64,000 nt of DNA, taken from positions 363 through 64,362 of the forward strand of contig JAFYAH010000051.1 of the NCBI GenBank assembly GCA_017540825.1, read 5' to 3'. Of this stretch, positions 1 to 12,444 are shown one piece after another. This DNA comes from Candidatus Methanomethylophilaceae archaeon. GTDB lineage: Archaea > Thermoplasmatota > Thermoplasmata > Methanomassiliicoccales > Methanomethylophilaceae. The notes under the pieces were generated by a model that saw nothing but the letters and a program-made list of their open reading frames with translations, searched no databases and was not told where the DNA came from. The translations under genes were made by a program, and so were the position numbers. The stretch's first letter is position 1; every line of letters starts with the position of its first letter.

Positions 1-34
1 AGCCGGAAGATCAGGATCGCGACCGCAGAGAATC

Positions 35-643
35 TCATCGGTCTGGCTCCCAGATGCAGTAGAGAACGGCGTCATTGTTGATTTTATAATCCTGTCCGTT
101 GAGATATGTCGGCGCCGTGGCATACGGATCGGCGGAGAATCCTGCTATGTGGCATCCGTTCTTATAGAAACCATACGTGTTCAGGGTGTCATGGCCGCCT
201 TGAGCGAAACGCTTCGTACAGTACGGCATGTACTCGATTATGTGGTCGTCGGCATCATAGTTGCCGTCGTCGCCGTTTCCGTAGATGGTCAGGGAGCAGG
301 GATTGGCCTTTATGTCCTGGATGATGGACACGGACATCGGCGCCGAGTATTCCCAATGGCTGCCTATGACGATTCCGAGGAAATAATCGTTGACTTTCTT
401 CTTGAACACGGCGGTGAAATCGTCATTGTTCAGCAACGTTCCGGTTTTGAATTCTCCATTGTCGCAATCCACGAAGGCGGCGAAGCCAGGCTCGACCGTG
501 CGCGTCTCGCTGGAGCTGTCGTTACTGTAATGGAATGCCTGGTTGAAGAGGCCGATGTTCCTGTTAGAATGGTCAGAGACGCTTATGTCGTGAAGAGCAT
601 TTGAACCTGTACCGGCAGAGGTGTAGTCATAAAGACACCTGTA
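35..643 (-). CDS. C-terminal continuation of the 644..1360 reading frame (hypothetical secreted/surface protein). Track ORF 35..472 merely starts at an internal GTG.
   Basis: All 57 codons between TAG 644..646 and GTG 472 are open in the same frame. No ATG or TATA lies in between. Ends TGA 35..37. The tail ...TYGFYKNGCHIAGFSADPYATAPTYLNGQDYKINNDAVLYCIW resembles Listeria-Bacteroides (InlB-B type) repeats. Confidence 0.45.
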   Translation of the reverse strand, partial: YRCLYDYTSAGTGSNALHDISVSDHSNRNIGLFNQAFHYSNDSSSETRTVEPGFAAFVDCDNGEFKTGTLLNNDDFTAVFKKKVNDYFLGIVIGSHWEYSAPMSVSIIQDIKANPCSLTIYGNGDDGNYDADDHIIEYMPYCTKRFAQGGHDTLNTYGFYKNGCHIAGFSADPYATAPTYLNGQDYKINNDAVLYCIWEPDR

Positions 644-1360
644 CTATGTGCTTCCTAGATTGACGAGCTGGCCATTCACATCCAACGTGTGTATGTTGCG
701 TCCGGTAGCTGGAACGGTTTCGACAGAAAACTGCGAAGAATAGCAATTGTAGGTGCAATCGTCTTCATCGACGTAATAGTTAGCACCATATACGTTGAAA
801 CTACCCCATTCTCCACAGTCCACGTTCCGATACACGAAAGAGTCGTATTCCCAGTCTCCGGTGAAAATCTTGTCCGTTCTGGGAGGGACGATGTCGTGGG
901 AGACCCATCTGTTCATAGACAGGACGGATTTCTCCCTGCTGTCATTGTTGTCCTCGTAGCTGTAGGATGTGCGGGCGGAGGGATCGTATCTGAAGGCATA
1001 CGTCTTCCCTTCGGCTGAGAAGCAGGTGGAGTAGTCTTTGAGGTAGCTGGTCAGGCCGTAGTCGTTGAAGACTGCTATCGCCCCGATGCTCACACACGAG
1101 ATCAGGGCTTCTCTCACATCCTCATGGTCATTCTCTCTGATCCATTCGTTTCCAAACACCACGGCATATGCGTTTTCTATAGAGGAACGTTCGATTTCTT
1201 TCAAATCTCCGGTTCTCAGATCCAAAGACAACAGCTGATTGTCCAACCAATCATCGTGGGTTTCGCAGATAGGGTCGCTGTTCGTGGTCGGCTGGTCGAG
1301 GACCGCCATCGCTACGATGGATATAGCAACCACCATTATGCCGGCAATCCATATTTTCAT
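644..1360 (-). CDS. Hypothetical secreted or membrane-anchored protein, N-terminal segment ending at an in-frame TAG.
   Basis: N-terminal hydrophobic signal/anchor MKIWIAGIMVVAISIVAMAV. AT-rich TATA-like sequence upstream of ATG 1360. The stop is TAG 644..646 and the frame continues open. Confidence 0.6.
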   Translation of the reverse strand: MKIWIAGIMVVAISIVAMAVLDQPTTNSDPICETHDDWLDNQLLSLDLRTGDLKEIERSSIENAYAVVFGNEWIRENDHEDVREALISCVSIGAIAVFNDYGLTSYLKDYSTCFSAEGKTYAFRYDPSARTSYSYEDNNDSREKSVLSMNRWVSHDIVPPRTDKIFTGDWEYDSFVYRNVDCGEWGSFNVYGANYYVDEDDCTYNCYSSQFSVETVPATGRNIHTLDVNGQLVNLGST

Positions 1361-1650
1361 GATTGTAACATTGTTAATTATATACTTAATCCTATTTTTT
1401 TTTATTCTAAAATGGGAATCTTTGCAAATATACAGAACATAAACTTGATACCTCTAAATTACTCGACTACGTCGCGCTTGATCGAGCGCTTGCGAGCAGA
1501 TGATCCCCATGATGTTCTTGCCGCGGCCCTCGATCGTCAAGACTCAGAAACCGGCGGACAGGATTCCATTTATAGTGTTACTTTATTTATTTAATATATA
1601 ATATTACGAAATATTATTAAAATATTCATAATATAATGAAATATAGATAT

Positions 1651-1677
1651 AAAAATGGCGAGAGGGAGGGCCCTCCC
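1651..1677 (-). terminator. Hairpin plus T-run downstream of gyrA.
   Basis: Perfect palindrome GGGAGGGCCCTCCC (1664..1677) lies 7 nt after the gyrA stop. It is followed on the minus strand by CGCCATTTTTAT. Confidence 0.4.
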
Positions 1678-1684
1678 GCATGTT

Positions 1685-4228
1685 TCATTCGGACCCTTCC
1701 TTCTCGGGCTCGGAACCCTCTTCCGGCTCCTCCGCCCCGACCTCCGAGAAGGCTTCGGTTATGGCCTCCACCTCGTCGTCAGAGGGCTCCGCCATTATGG
1801 GCTGCACGGCCACCACCTTGTCGTCGTCCCTCATGTCCATGAGCTTGACCCCCTGGGCGTTGCGCCCGGTCTCGCGGATGGCGTCGGTCTCTATGCGCAG
1901 GACCTTCCCGGACATCGAGGTGAGCATCAGATGGTCCCCGGGGGCCACCTTCCTGACGCTGAGGACGTTCCCGTTGCGCTCGTTGCAGATGATGGTTATC
2001 ACCCCCTGCCCGCCGCGGTGGTGCTTGGAGTAGGCCTCCACGTCGGTTATCTTGCCGAACCCGTTCTCGGTGACCGTCAGGAGCTTGTCGCCGGACCTCA
2101 CGATGGCCATGGAGACCACCTCGTCGTCCTCCGTGAGCCTCATCCCGATCACCCCGGAGGCGGTCCTCCCCATGGGGCGGGCCTCCTCCTCGGAGAACCT
2201 GATGGCCTTCCCGCGCTTGGACGCCATTATCACGTCGTCCCCGGCGCTCGCGATGTCGGCCTCGATCAGCTCGTCGTCCTCCACGTCGGGGTTCTCGTCG
2301 GTCCTGAGGACGATCGCCTTGATCCCCTTGGAACGGACGTTGCCGTAGGCGGACATGGCGGTCTTCTTGACGCGCCCCTTCTTCGTGCAGAACACGATGA
2401 ACTTGTCGTCGGGGAAGTCGGGCGTGCACACGGTGTTAACCACGCGCTCGTCCTCCTCGAGGTCGGGCAGGAGGTTCACGATAGGCTTGCCCTTGGACTG
2501 CCTGCTGCCCTCCGGGATCCTGTATCCCTTGAGCCAGTGGATGCGGCCCTTGTTGGTTATGAACAGGACGTAGTCGTGGGAGCAGGTCACGAACATGGAG
2601 TCGACATGGTCCTCCTCCTTCGTCTGCATCCCTGTCAGGCCCACGCCGCCGCGCCCCTGCTGCCTGTAGGTGCTCAGCGGGATCCTCTTGATGTAGCTGT
2701 CGCGGGAGAGGGTGATCACCACGCGCTGCTTGGGGATCAGGTCCTCCTCGTCGCTGTCCAGCGGGTTGGGGTCGATGACGGTGCGGCGCTCGTCGCCGTA
2801 GGCGTCCTTCATCTCCTTCAGCTCGGACTGGATGATCGCGTTGATCCTGGACTCGTTGGCGAGGATGTCCCTGAGGTCGGCCATCGTGATCTCCAGCGCC
2901 TTGTACTCGTCGCGGATGGAGTCCAGCTCGAGGCCGGTCAGCTTCTGGAGCCTCATGTCGAGGATGGCCTTGGCCTGCTCCTCGTCGATGCCCAGGAGGC
3001 CCCTCAAGCCCTCGTTCGCCTCCTCCACGCTCGCGGACTCGCGGATGAGCCTTATGGTCTCGTCGAGCATGCCTATGGCCTTCATCAGGCCCTCCAGGAT
3101 GTGGAACCTCTTCTGCGCCTGGGCGAGGTCGTACTCGGTCCTGCGGTAGACCACGGACCTCCTGTGCGCTATGTACTGCAGGATGAGCTCCTTCAGGGAC
3201 AGGACGGACGGCCTGTTGTCGACCAGGGCTATGTTGATGATGCCGTAGGTGACCTCCATGTTGGTCTTCTTGAACAGGTTCTCCAGGACCACGGCGGAGA
3301 GGGCGTCCTTGTGCAGCTCGATCACTATGCGCATCCCGTGCCTGTCGGACTCGTCCCTGAGGTCGGTTATCCCCTCGATCTCCTTGTTCTTGACGCGGTC
3401 GGCGATCTGCTCGATGAGCATGGCCTTGTTGACCTGGTAGGGGATCTCGTCCACGATGATGCGGTCCTTGCCGTTGCCCATCTCCTCGATGTGCGTGTTG
3501 GCCCTGACCTTCAGCCTCCCGCGCCCCGTCTCGTAGGCGGAGCGGATGCCGCCGATGCCGTAGATCGTCCCCCCGGTGGGGAAGTCGGGCCCCTTGATGT
3601 ACGCCATGAGGTCGTCCAGCATGGCGTCGGGGTGGTCTATCACGTACGATATGGCGTCGCAGACCTCCCCGAGGTTGTGCGGAGGCATCTTCGTGGCCAT
3701 GCCGACGGCTATCCCGTCGGACCCGTTCACCAGGAGGTTAGGGAACTTGGAAGGCAGGACGGAGGGCTCCTTGAGCGACCCGTCGTAGTTGTCCACCATG
3801 TCCACGGTGTTCTTGTCTATGTCCGCCAGCAGGTCGCTGGCCATCTTGGACATCCTGGCCTCGGTGTAACGCATGGCGGCGGCGCCGTCCCCGTCCACCG
3901 AGCCGAAGTTCCCCTGCCCGTCCACGAGAGGGTACCTGAGCGAGAACGGCTGGGCCATCCTTACCATGGCGTCGTACGCCGCGGTGTCCCCGTGCGGGTG
4001 GTACTTACCCAGGACCTCTCCCACCACGGTGGCGGACTTCTTGTGCGGGCGGTTGTACGTGAGGCTGAGGTTGTCCATGGCGTACAGGATCTTCCTGTGC
4101 ACCGGCTTCAGGCCGTCGCGGACGTCCGGGAGGGCGCGGCCGACAATGACGCTCATGGAATAGTCGATGTAGGAGCGCTGCATCTCCTTCTCAACCGACT
4201 GGATGATGATCTTCTTCTCTCCTTCCAA
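1685..4228 (-). CDS. gyrA: DNA gyrase subunit A.
   Basis: 847 aa. N-terminus [43 protein letters not shown] and [10 protein letters not shown] are classic GyrA. TTG start at 4228 is required to keep the conserved N-terminus. It lies 4 nt after the gyrB stop. Confidence 0.97.
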   Translation of the reverse strand: MEGEKKIIIQSVEKEMQRSYIDYSMSVIVGRALPDVRDGLKPVHRKILYAMDNLSLTYNRPHKKSATVVGEVLGKYHPHGDTAAYDAMVRMAQPFSLRYPLVDGQGNFGSVDGDGAAAMRYTEARMSKMASDLLADIDKNTVDMVDNYDGSLKEPSVLPSKFPNLLVNGSDGIAVGMATKMPPHNLGEVCDAISYVIDHPDAMLDDLMAYIKGPDFPTGGTIYGIGGIRSAYETGRGRLKVRANTHIEEMGNGKDRIIVDEIPYQVNKAMLIEQIADRVKNKEIEGITDLRDESDRHGMRIVIELHKDALSAVVLENLFKKTNMEVTYGIINIALVDNRPSVLSLKELILQYIAHRRSVVYRRTEYDLAQAQKRFHILEGLMKAIGMLDETIRLIRESASVEEANEGLRGLLGIDEEQAKAILDMRLQKLTGLELDSIRDEYKALEITMADLRDILANESRINAIIQSELKEMKDAYGDERRTVIDPNPLDSDEEDLIPKQRVVITLSRDSYIKRIPLSTYRQQGRGGVGLTGMQTKEEDHVDSMFVTCSHDYVLFITNKGRIHWLKGYRIPEGSRQSKGKPIVNLLPDLEEDERVVNTVCTPDFPDDKFIVFCTKKGRVKKTAMSAYGNVRSKGIKAIVLRTDENPDVEDDELIEADIASAGDDVIMASKRGKAIRFSEEEARPMGRTASGVIGMRLTEDDEVVSMAIVRSGDKLLTVTENGFGKITDVEAYSKHHRGGQGVITIICNERNGNVLSVRKVAPGDHLMLTSMSGKVLRIETDAIRETGRNAQGVKLMDMRDDDKVVAVQPIMAEPSDDEVEAITEAFSEVGAEEPEEGSEPEKEGSE

Positions 4229-4232
4229 GGTA

Positions 4233-6401
<2,169 letters not shown>

Positions 6402-6468
6402 TTAGCACATGACCATCCGTCGGATAGTTATCGTTTGCCTGGCGGCAGACAGCAGAGAACGGACACGA

Positions 6469-7218
6469 TTATGGCCAAAAAGAGCTGCCCTCGAAGCATG
6501 GCCATAGCCTGACGACCGCCCACTCCTTGAGCACGTTGCGCGCTTCGGGACCGGAGAGGCCGGAGATGAACCCCTGCATGGAAGCGGAGGCGGCCCAGTC
6601 GCCGTCGTCGGCTCCCGGGACGGCCACATGATAGACGTACTCCTTCTCGCACTCGGATGTCGCGCCGCCGTGCTCCCAGCAGACCCTGTACGTGACGACT
6701 ATGTCAAAATCCCTGGACTCGCCTAGATAGAAGCAGAAGGCGTCATCGAACTTGTGGGAATGGGGCGAGGAGGCGTCTCCCCTGGGCAGCTCGTACCTCA
6801 CCGACCAATGGTCAGGGCCTTCGTCCTTGAAATCCGTCGACATGCCGTAATGGAAGCTCGTCCCCACGTATTCCGAAGGGCTGATGCTGTCCGGGATGCG
6901 CCATTCCATCTCGAGGTATCTGAAATCGACGCCTTGGGCGGGGAACTGCACCGACGGGGCGAACCGGATGCAGCCGTCCTTGGCCGATGCCATCGTGGGG
7001 AACATGTTGAACCTGACCGGCGAATCGACCGAGAGCAGCCCGTTGAAGACCGGGCTGGAGACGCTCACGGCCTCGGCGTCCAGGACGACCTTCTCCCTGC
7101 GGACGTCCTGGTCCGGCCCCGAGAATTCCGCCACGACGGCTGCGGAAGCTACGACGACAGCGACTGAAACACGACGGCTGCGATGGCTGCGGGCTTGTAC
7201 ATGACGATTCAGAGACAT
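6469..7218 (-). CDS. Hypothetical secreted protein.
   Basis: Start taken at MSLNRHVQARSHRSRRVSVAVVVASAAVVA (basic N-terminus plus hydrophobic anchor). Ends TAA 6469..6471. No recognisable family. Confidence 0.5.
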   Translation of the reverse strand: MSLNRHVQARSHRSRRVSVAVVVASAAVVAEFSGPDQDVRREKVVLDAEAVSVSSPVFNGLLSVDSPVRFNMFPTMASAKDGCIRFAPSVQFPAQGVDFRYLEMEWRIPDSISPSEYVGTSFHYGMSTDFKDEGPDHWSVRYELPRGDASSPHSHKFDDAFCFYLGESRDFDIVVTYRVCWEHGGATSECEKEYVYHVAVPGADDGDWAASASMQGFISGLSGPEARNVLKEWAVVRLWPCFEGSSFWP

Positions 7219-7307
7219 GGCGATATAAAAAAAACCGCTGACAGGGCACGTCCTCCGCCTGTAAAGGACCATTACCTATTAAGCCGGTAGACGGATACCA
7301 GGGCTTG

Positions 7308-8588
7308 ATGAGCACCATCATGGAAGAGGCCCGCAGGGGCGAGATAACGCCTCTGATGAAGAAGATCGCGGAGAACGAGGGCGTCAGCGCCGAATTCATC
7401 AAGAACGGGATCGCGTCAGGACGCATCTGCGCGCCCCACAACCCCGTTCACGATGCCAAACCCGCCGCGATAGGCGAAGGGCTCTCCGTGAAGGTGAACG
7501 TCAACCTCGGCACGTCCCGCGACATGGCCGACCTGGACACAGAGCTGGAGAAGCTCAAGGTCGCCATCAGGTACGAGGCGGACGCGGTGATGGACCTCAG
7601 CACCGGAGGGGACATCGACGCCATAAGGAGGAGGCTGATCTCCGAATGCCCCGTGATGATGGGCTCCGTCCCGATATACCAGACAGGGGTCATGGCCGCC
7701 AGGAGGAAGGCCGTCGTCGAGATGACGGAGGACGACATCTTCAGCGGCATAGAGAAGCACGCCAAGGACGGGATGGACTTCATGACCGTCCACTGCGGCA
7801 TAACGAAGGAGAGCGTCGGATGGCTTAGCAGGTGCGGCAGGATAACCGACGTCGTGTCCAGAGGAGGGTCCTTCCTGACTGCGTGGATACTCCACAACGA
7901 GGAGGAGAACCCCCTGTACAGGAACTTCGACTACCTCCTGGACCTGGCCCGCGAGTACGAGTTCGCCCTTTCGCTGGGAGACGGGTTCAGGCCCGGATGC
8001 ATAGACGACGCCTCCGACCAGGCGCAGGTCTCGGAGCTGATGACCTTGGGACACCTCGTGGAGAGGGCCAGGGCGGCCGGCGTCCAGAGCATGGTCGAGG
8101 GCCCGGGGCACGTGCCGCTCGACCAGGTGGCGATGAACATGCGCCTGGAGAAGAGGATGTGCCACGACGCGCCGTTCTACGTGCTCGGGCCGCTGGTCAC
8201 GGACATAGCCCCGGGATACGACCATATCGTCGGAGCCATCGGAGGCGCTGTGGCTGCGCAGAACGGGGCGGACTTCCTGTGCTACCTCACCCCCGCCGAG
8301 CACCTGTCCCTGCCGGACGTGGACGACGTAAAAGAAGGCGTGATAGCTTCGAAGATCGCCGCGCACGTAGGGGACCTCTGCAGAGGGATCGGAAGGGAGC
8401 GCGACACCAGGATGGCCAAGGCCAGGAAGGCCCTGGACTGGAGCACCATGTTCGGAACATGCATCGACGAGGAGAAGGCCAGGAGGTACAGGTGCCGCGG
8501 ATGCACCGAGGAGAGCGAAGGCTGCTCCATGTGCGGGGACATCTGCGCCATAAAGATCGTCGACGAGTACATGAAGGAGAAGCGCTGA
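7308..8588 (+). CDS. thiC: Phosphomethylpyrimidine synthase ThiC.
   Basis: About 426 aa. Has the conserved ThiC core (VNVNLGTSRD, TVHCGIT, GPGHVPL) and C-terminal CSMCGDICAIK cluster motif. The track start 7305 is a TTG one codon upstream of the ATG. Confidence 0.93.
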   Translation: MSTIMEEARRGEITPLMKKIAENEGVSAEFIKNGIASGRICAPHNPVHDAKPAAIGEGLSVKVNVNLGTSRDMADLDTELEKLKVAIRYEADAVMDLSTGGDIDAIRRRLISECPVMMGSVPIYQTGVMAARRKAVVEMTEDDIFSGIEKHAKDGMDFMTVHCGITKESVGWLSRCGRITDVVSRGGSFLTAWILHNEEENPLYRNFDYLLDLAREYEFALSLGDGFRPGCIDDASDQAQVSELMTLGHLVERARAAGVQSMVEGPGHVPLDQVAMNMRLEKRMCHDAPFYVLGPLVTDIAPGYDHIVGAIGGAVAAQNGADFLCYLTPAEHLSLPDVDDVKEGVIASKIAAHVGDLCRGIGRERDTRMAKARKALDWSTMFGTCIDEEKARRYRCRGCTEESEGCSMCGDICAIKIVDEYMKEKR

Positions 8589-8633
8589 CGACGCCGAGCA
8601 CCGATCGTTTTATCCTCGACGATGACTGGACGG

Positions 8634-9996
8634 ATGCAGTTCATGGACGTCGAGAGCATCGACACGGAATGGGAGGGGAACTGAAGCCCGAAGAACCTCG
8701 AGACGATAGCGGCGTTCTACAACACCGAAGGCGGACGCATGGCGATAGGCCGCAGAGACGACGGCCCGTTCATCGGCGTGGACGATGTGAAGGGGACCAT
8801 GAAGGAGATCTCGGACACCATCCGCAACAAGCTCCACATCGCATGCAGGATTCGCGCAGAGCTCGAAGGCTAGATCTGCTACATCACCATCGATGTCCCC
8901 TCGGAAACAGCATGGCCGCATTAGACGGCAGACTCTTTGTCCGCTCAGGGAACGCTACACAGGAGATCGAAGGGGACATCTCAAAAAGGCCATTCTGTCA
9001 GAGCAAGGGCTCCAGTGGCTCGACCAGACCGTGGACATACCGGTCGAAAGCCTGTCCAGAGATGCCATAGGCTATTTCATAGAGACAGGGGAGAAGGCTG
9101 GCAGGATACCGGAAGGCATCGACGGGTCCGACGTGCCTGCCATCTTGTCGAGATACCGCATCTTGAAGAACGGACGCCCGACGATGGCCGCAGTTCTCCC
9201 ATTCCATGAAGATCCATACAGCTTCAACTACGGCGCGATGGTGAAGATAGGCAGGTTCGATAGCGAACGCACGCTCCTCAGGGACGATATGGTCAGCGGC
9301 CCGATGATTGAGGTTCCCGAGAAGGCCATGCGTCTGCTGTACAGCAATTATATACCGCCGACCTACGGATATGGCGGCCTCACCGTGTCCGGGCACATGG
9401 ATTACGACTATCCTGAGAAAGCCGTCAGAGAGCTGATCGTGAATTCCGTGGTCCATATGGACTACTCCCTGCAGCAGCCGGTCGAGATCTCGGCGTTCGA
9501 CGACCGTATGGAGATGTTCTCTGCTGGAGGGCTGCCGAAAGGCCTGGCCATACCCGATCTGAAGAAACGGCACAGGTCCATCCGGCGCAACGAGACCTTG
9601 GCATCGGTGTTCTATTCCGCAGGGTATGTCGAGAACTGGGCGCAGGGCATAGCGAAAGTGATGAAAGAATGCGCCGAGAACGGCAACCCTGAGCCTGAGT
9701 TCTCGCTCGAGCTCGGCGGACTTATGGCAACCATGTACAAACGCTCACGGAACCCTGGAAGCACGATCCCCGAGCATAGCAGAAGCAGAGGCCTGGAAAC
9801 GACTCTAGACCAGCGCATCTTGGAAGCCATGTCCGGATCTGCGACGATGAGCACGAAAAGACTATCTGAAAAGCTGGGAGTCCCGTCAAGGACCATTCGG
9901 AGGCACCTTGCCCATCTTGTAGAGGCCGGCCAGATCGTCAGGGTGGGGAGCAACAGCAGCACAGAGTACGCCATAAAAGACGAACTGACCGTTTGA
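8634..9996 (+). pseudogene. Disrupted AlbA_2 (Schlafen-type) plus HATPase_c_4 putative DNA-binding/transcriptional regulator gene.
   Basis: The N-terminal AlbA_2 signature (ESIDTEWEG..NLETIAAFYNTEGGRMAIGRRDDGPFIGVDD) is broken by in-frame TGA 8682..8684 and TAG 8871..8873. Homology then jumps frame twice (AALDGRLFVRSGNATQEIEGD, then ILSEQGLQWLDQTVD...). The C-terminal 8893..9996 ORF carries the HATPase_c_4-like and wHTH part. Confidence 0.75.
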
Positions 9997-10137
9997 AAGC
10001 CCGGCCATAATGGGTGGCCGTTGAACCATCCGAGAATGAGTCGTGAACCGGTATGCCCCGCTGTGACAAACGATTCATAAGGATGCGGGCTTCACGGATG
10101 CCTGCATGCATTCCCGAGACCAAGCCTCTCGGAGCCT

Positions 10138-10440
10138 TCAGAGACGACCGACGGCCCTTCTCACCTCTTCGATATAGTCCTCGATAACCTCTCCGCCGTC
10201 CAGGATGACGTCTCCCACTACATCCAGCGCGACGGAATTGACAGCCTTCTCGAGCCTGAAGTCTGGCTTGGAACCTTCGAGGCATCTCTGGATGTATTCG
10301 ATCTCGGCCGCCTCCAAGGCCTCCGCCAGATGCTCCCAGCCCCTCTCGCGGCTTCTGCTCCCTGACTCTTCTGGCTCGGGTTCCAAAACTGCCTGCGACT
10401 CCTCGACGCTCATCATGGACGTCACCGAGCCGAGGTCCTC
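10138..10440 (-). CDS. TerB-C-like domain; in-frame continuation of 10441..12174 across TAG.
   Basis: Same frame as the upstream ORF, with only TAG 10441..10443 between them. Acidic linker, then ...EKAVNSVALDVVGDVILDGGEVIEDYIEEV resembles the TerB-C terminus. The track M is a GTG. Confidence 0.5.
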   Translation of the reverse strand, partial: EDLGSVTSMMSVEESQAVLEPEPEESGSRSRERGWEHLAEALEAAEIEYIQRCLEGSKPDFRLEKAVNSVALDVVGDVILDGGEVIEDYIEEVRRAVGRL

Positions 10441-12174
10441 CTACGCCTTTGAAACGGCGGCCATGTCGAGCTCCAGGGGCGTTTCCGGCTCGTCTCTCTG
10501 CGGCTCGTTGAGGCGGTCTATAGCCTCGTTCACGAGAGGGGTCACGTTAACTCCGAAGCACATCACCGGGTTCCGTCTGCGCCTTCCGTTGTCGGCGCGC
10601 ATATGCACAGAGCTCACGACGAAATCCATGAGAGACAACAGCTCCCTCGAGAAAGAGCCGTCTATGCGGTTCAATGACGGCATCCGGAATGTCGCCCTGC
10701 CCACGCTGAACATGCGCGGATGCACATCCTCTGTGGCTAACATCCCGTATCCCTTCAACCATCCAGCGCCTGATTCGCATTTGGACGTCAGAATCTTCGA
10801 GAACACCCTCTTGAACACAGTCCAGCACTCCTCGTACGACCCCGCAGGCGGCGAGACCTTGAGGAAGCGCCAGAAATACTCCGCTGGCAGCGGCTGCCTC
10901 TGCCCGTCTATGGCCCTTCTCAGCACAAAGCATGAAAGATCGCTATCGCTGGCAGCGACTTCGGAGGCTATTGGGATGCGCCCGACTGTTGAGGCCTCCG
11001 CCATCAGCATCGACAGGAATTCGTTCCTGTATTCAGAGCCTAGGCCGTGTACATCCGTCAGGAACGACATGATCTCCGAGAAGGCCGCGCCCTCCTTGAC
11101 CATCTCCATGCACCTAACGAGCAGGCAGCCGACGTCGAAGTCGTAAAACTTTCCTTCGAGGAGACGGTCCCTCCAGAACAAGTAGTAGTCTTTTCCGATG
11201 ATGCCCTCCGGAGTCAGGTCCACGACCTCCCAGAACACCCCTCTGTCCGACCTGGAAGCGGACACCCACTCCAGGTCGCGGATGACCGCTTCGGCTGTTG
11301 GCGACCCGTCGCATACGCCAATTATAGCCCTGCTGTCCCTGTAGAACGATGGCCGAGCCGGCGCTGGATATATCTCGATCTCCCCGTCGTCGAAGGAGAG
11401 GATTCTAAGGCCTCCAACGACGTCCTCCCTTATGTTTTCGTAACGCAATGTATCGTCTTCCATCGCCCGCTCCAGCCGATAGCAGAGATCCGGATATTCC
11501 GAGCCAGCCCCATAGCCGTCGCATACGCCTAAGACTTCGAAAAATAACTTGCTGAAGCCTTTCCAGTCCGGAGAGCGATAGCAGACGATGCGGCGAGGCT
11601 GCTCCTTAGCCGGGAGCAAGTCGAACAGGTTCAAGGATACGCTGGCCTCGTCGCGGGCGAAATGCTGCCCTATGCTCTCGCCGAACTTCTCCATGAAGTA
11701 CTGGTCGGCGATCTTGAAGGCGTGGTTCAGCCTCATGGAATTCACGGCCATGAACGAGTAGTACCCCCTCAGGCCCCTTGATAGGCAGAGATAGTCCGAT
11801 TCCAAGGAGGGGGAGAAGCGAGGCAGGAACATCTTCGTGAACACGGGCCCCATATCGATAGAATCGTAGCCACTGCTGACGAAGCTGCCACAGTAGACGG
11901 ACAGATCCCGTATGTAATCCCTGGCGTGTTCCGCAAAATTGCCGTTTCTGCTGCGGAAAAGGTACCTGTACAGCTTCTTGCGCCCCTCGTCAGTAGTAAG
12001 GCATTCCATTACCAGGAGATTGAAGTATCCCCAGTCCCCCTTTATCCTCCCCTTGTCGAGGATGGTTCTGAAATACGCATAGTAGCGCTTCTGTTCGTTC
12101 CGCATCCTGTCGCAATTAGACGGAACTTGCATTAGCTCCACATACGGGCACTTGGACGAATCCATCTCGTCCAT
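10441..12174 (-). CDS. TerB-N domain-containing protein (two TerB-N-like repeats), ending at an in-frame TAG.
   Basis: NEQKRYYAYFRTILDKGRIKGDWGYFNLLVMECL and KDYYLFWRDRLLEGKFYDFDVGCLLVRCMEMV match the TerB-N Y-x-WR...G...Y-hydrophobic-E pattern. The ORF ends ...PLELDMAAVSKA-TAG, exactly where TerB-C normally begins. Confidence 0.55.
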   Translation of the reverse strand: MDEMDSSKCPYVELMQVPSNCDRMRNEQKRYYAYFRTILDKGRIKGDWGYFNLLVMECLTTDEGRKKLYRYLFRSRNGNFAEHARDYIRDLSVYCGSFVSSGYDSIDMGPVFTKMFLPRFSPSLESDYLCLSRGLRGYYSFMAVNSMRLNHAFKIADQYFMEKFGESIGQHFARDEASVSLNLFDLLPAKEQPRRIVCYRSPDWKGFSKLFFEVLGVCDGYGAGSEYPDLCYRLERAMEDDTLRYENIREDVVGGLRILSFDDGEIEIYPAPARPSFYRDSRAIIGVCDGSPTAEAVIRDLEWVSASRSDRGVFWEVVDLTPEGIIGKDYYLFWRDRLLEGKFYDFDVGCLLVRCMEMVKEGAAFSEIMSFLTDVHGLGSEYRNEFLSMLMAEASTVGRIPIASEVAASDSDLSCFVLRRAIDGQRQPLPAEYFWRFLKVSPPAGSYEECWTVFKRVFSKILTSKCESGAGWLKGYGMLATEDVHPRMFSVGRATFRMPSLNRIDGSFSRELLSLMDFVVSSVHMRADNGRRRRNPVMCFGVNVTPLVNEAIDRLNEPQRDEPETPLELDMAAVSKA

Positions 12175-12369
12175 TTTGCGTATGAAGTCCAGCCTCTACT
12201 CCAACGGCATGACAATGGTGCCAATCGGACGAATCGCCCCGTACATGGACGAGTGATGCGGTAGCCATGAATAACAGTTGCCGTCTGAGATAGACTGCAG
12301 GAGATGTCGCAGAAAGGCCTGAAGTCGGCAGAAAGCTCTCGAGCCGCGCTGGGAGAGGCAGTATGATGA

Positions 12370-12444
12370 TGGAGCCACTGGAGGGGATCGAACCCCCGGC
12401 CTGCGGTTTACGAAACCGCCGCTATACCCCTAAGCCACAGTGGC
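12370..12444 (-). tRNA. tRNA-Thr (anticodon CGU), with encoded CCA.
   Basis: Folded by hand: GCCACTG/CAGTGGC acceptor, anticodon stem GCGGT/ACCGC with loop TTCGTAA, T arm GGGGG-TTCGATC-CCCTC, discriminator T plus CCA. 75 nt. Confidence 0.9.

Noticed and set aside
7219-7307. Possible TPP riboswitch upstream of thiC.
   Set aside because: The 88-nt spacer lacks the conserved CUGAGA / ACCUGA / GGGGUGC-type thi-box elements and is too short.
8682-8684. In-frame TGA in the AlbA_2 gene as selenocysteine.
   Set aside because: The gene also carries two frameshifts and a TAG, and no SECIS-like hairpin is evident. Decay is the simpler explanation.
12196-12378. 60-aa ORF between the TerB gene and the tRNA.
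   Set aside because: It starts inside the tRNA gene at a GTG, has no family resemblance and has no expression signals.
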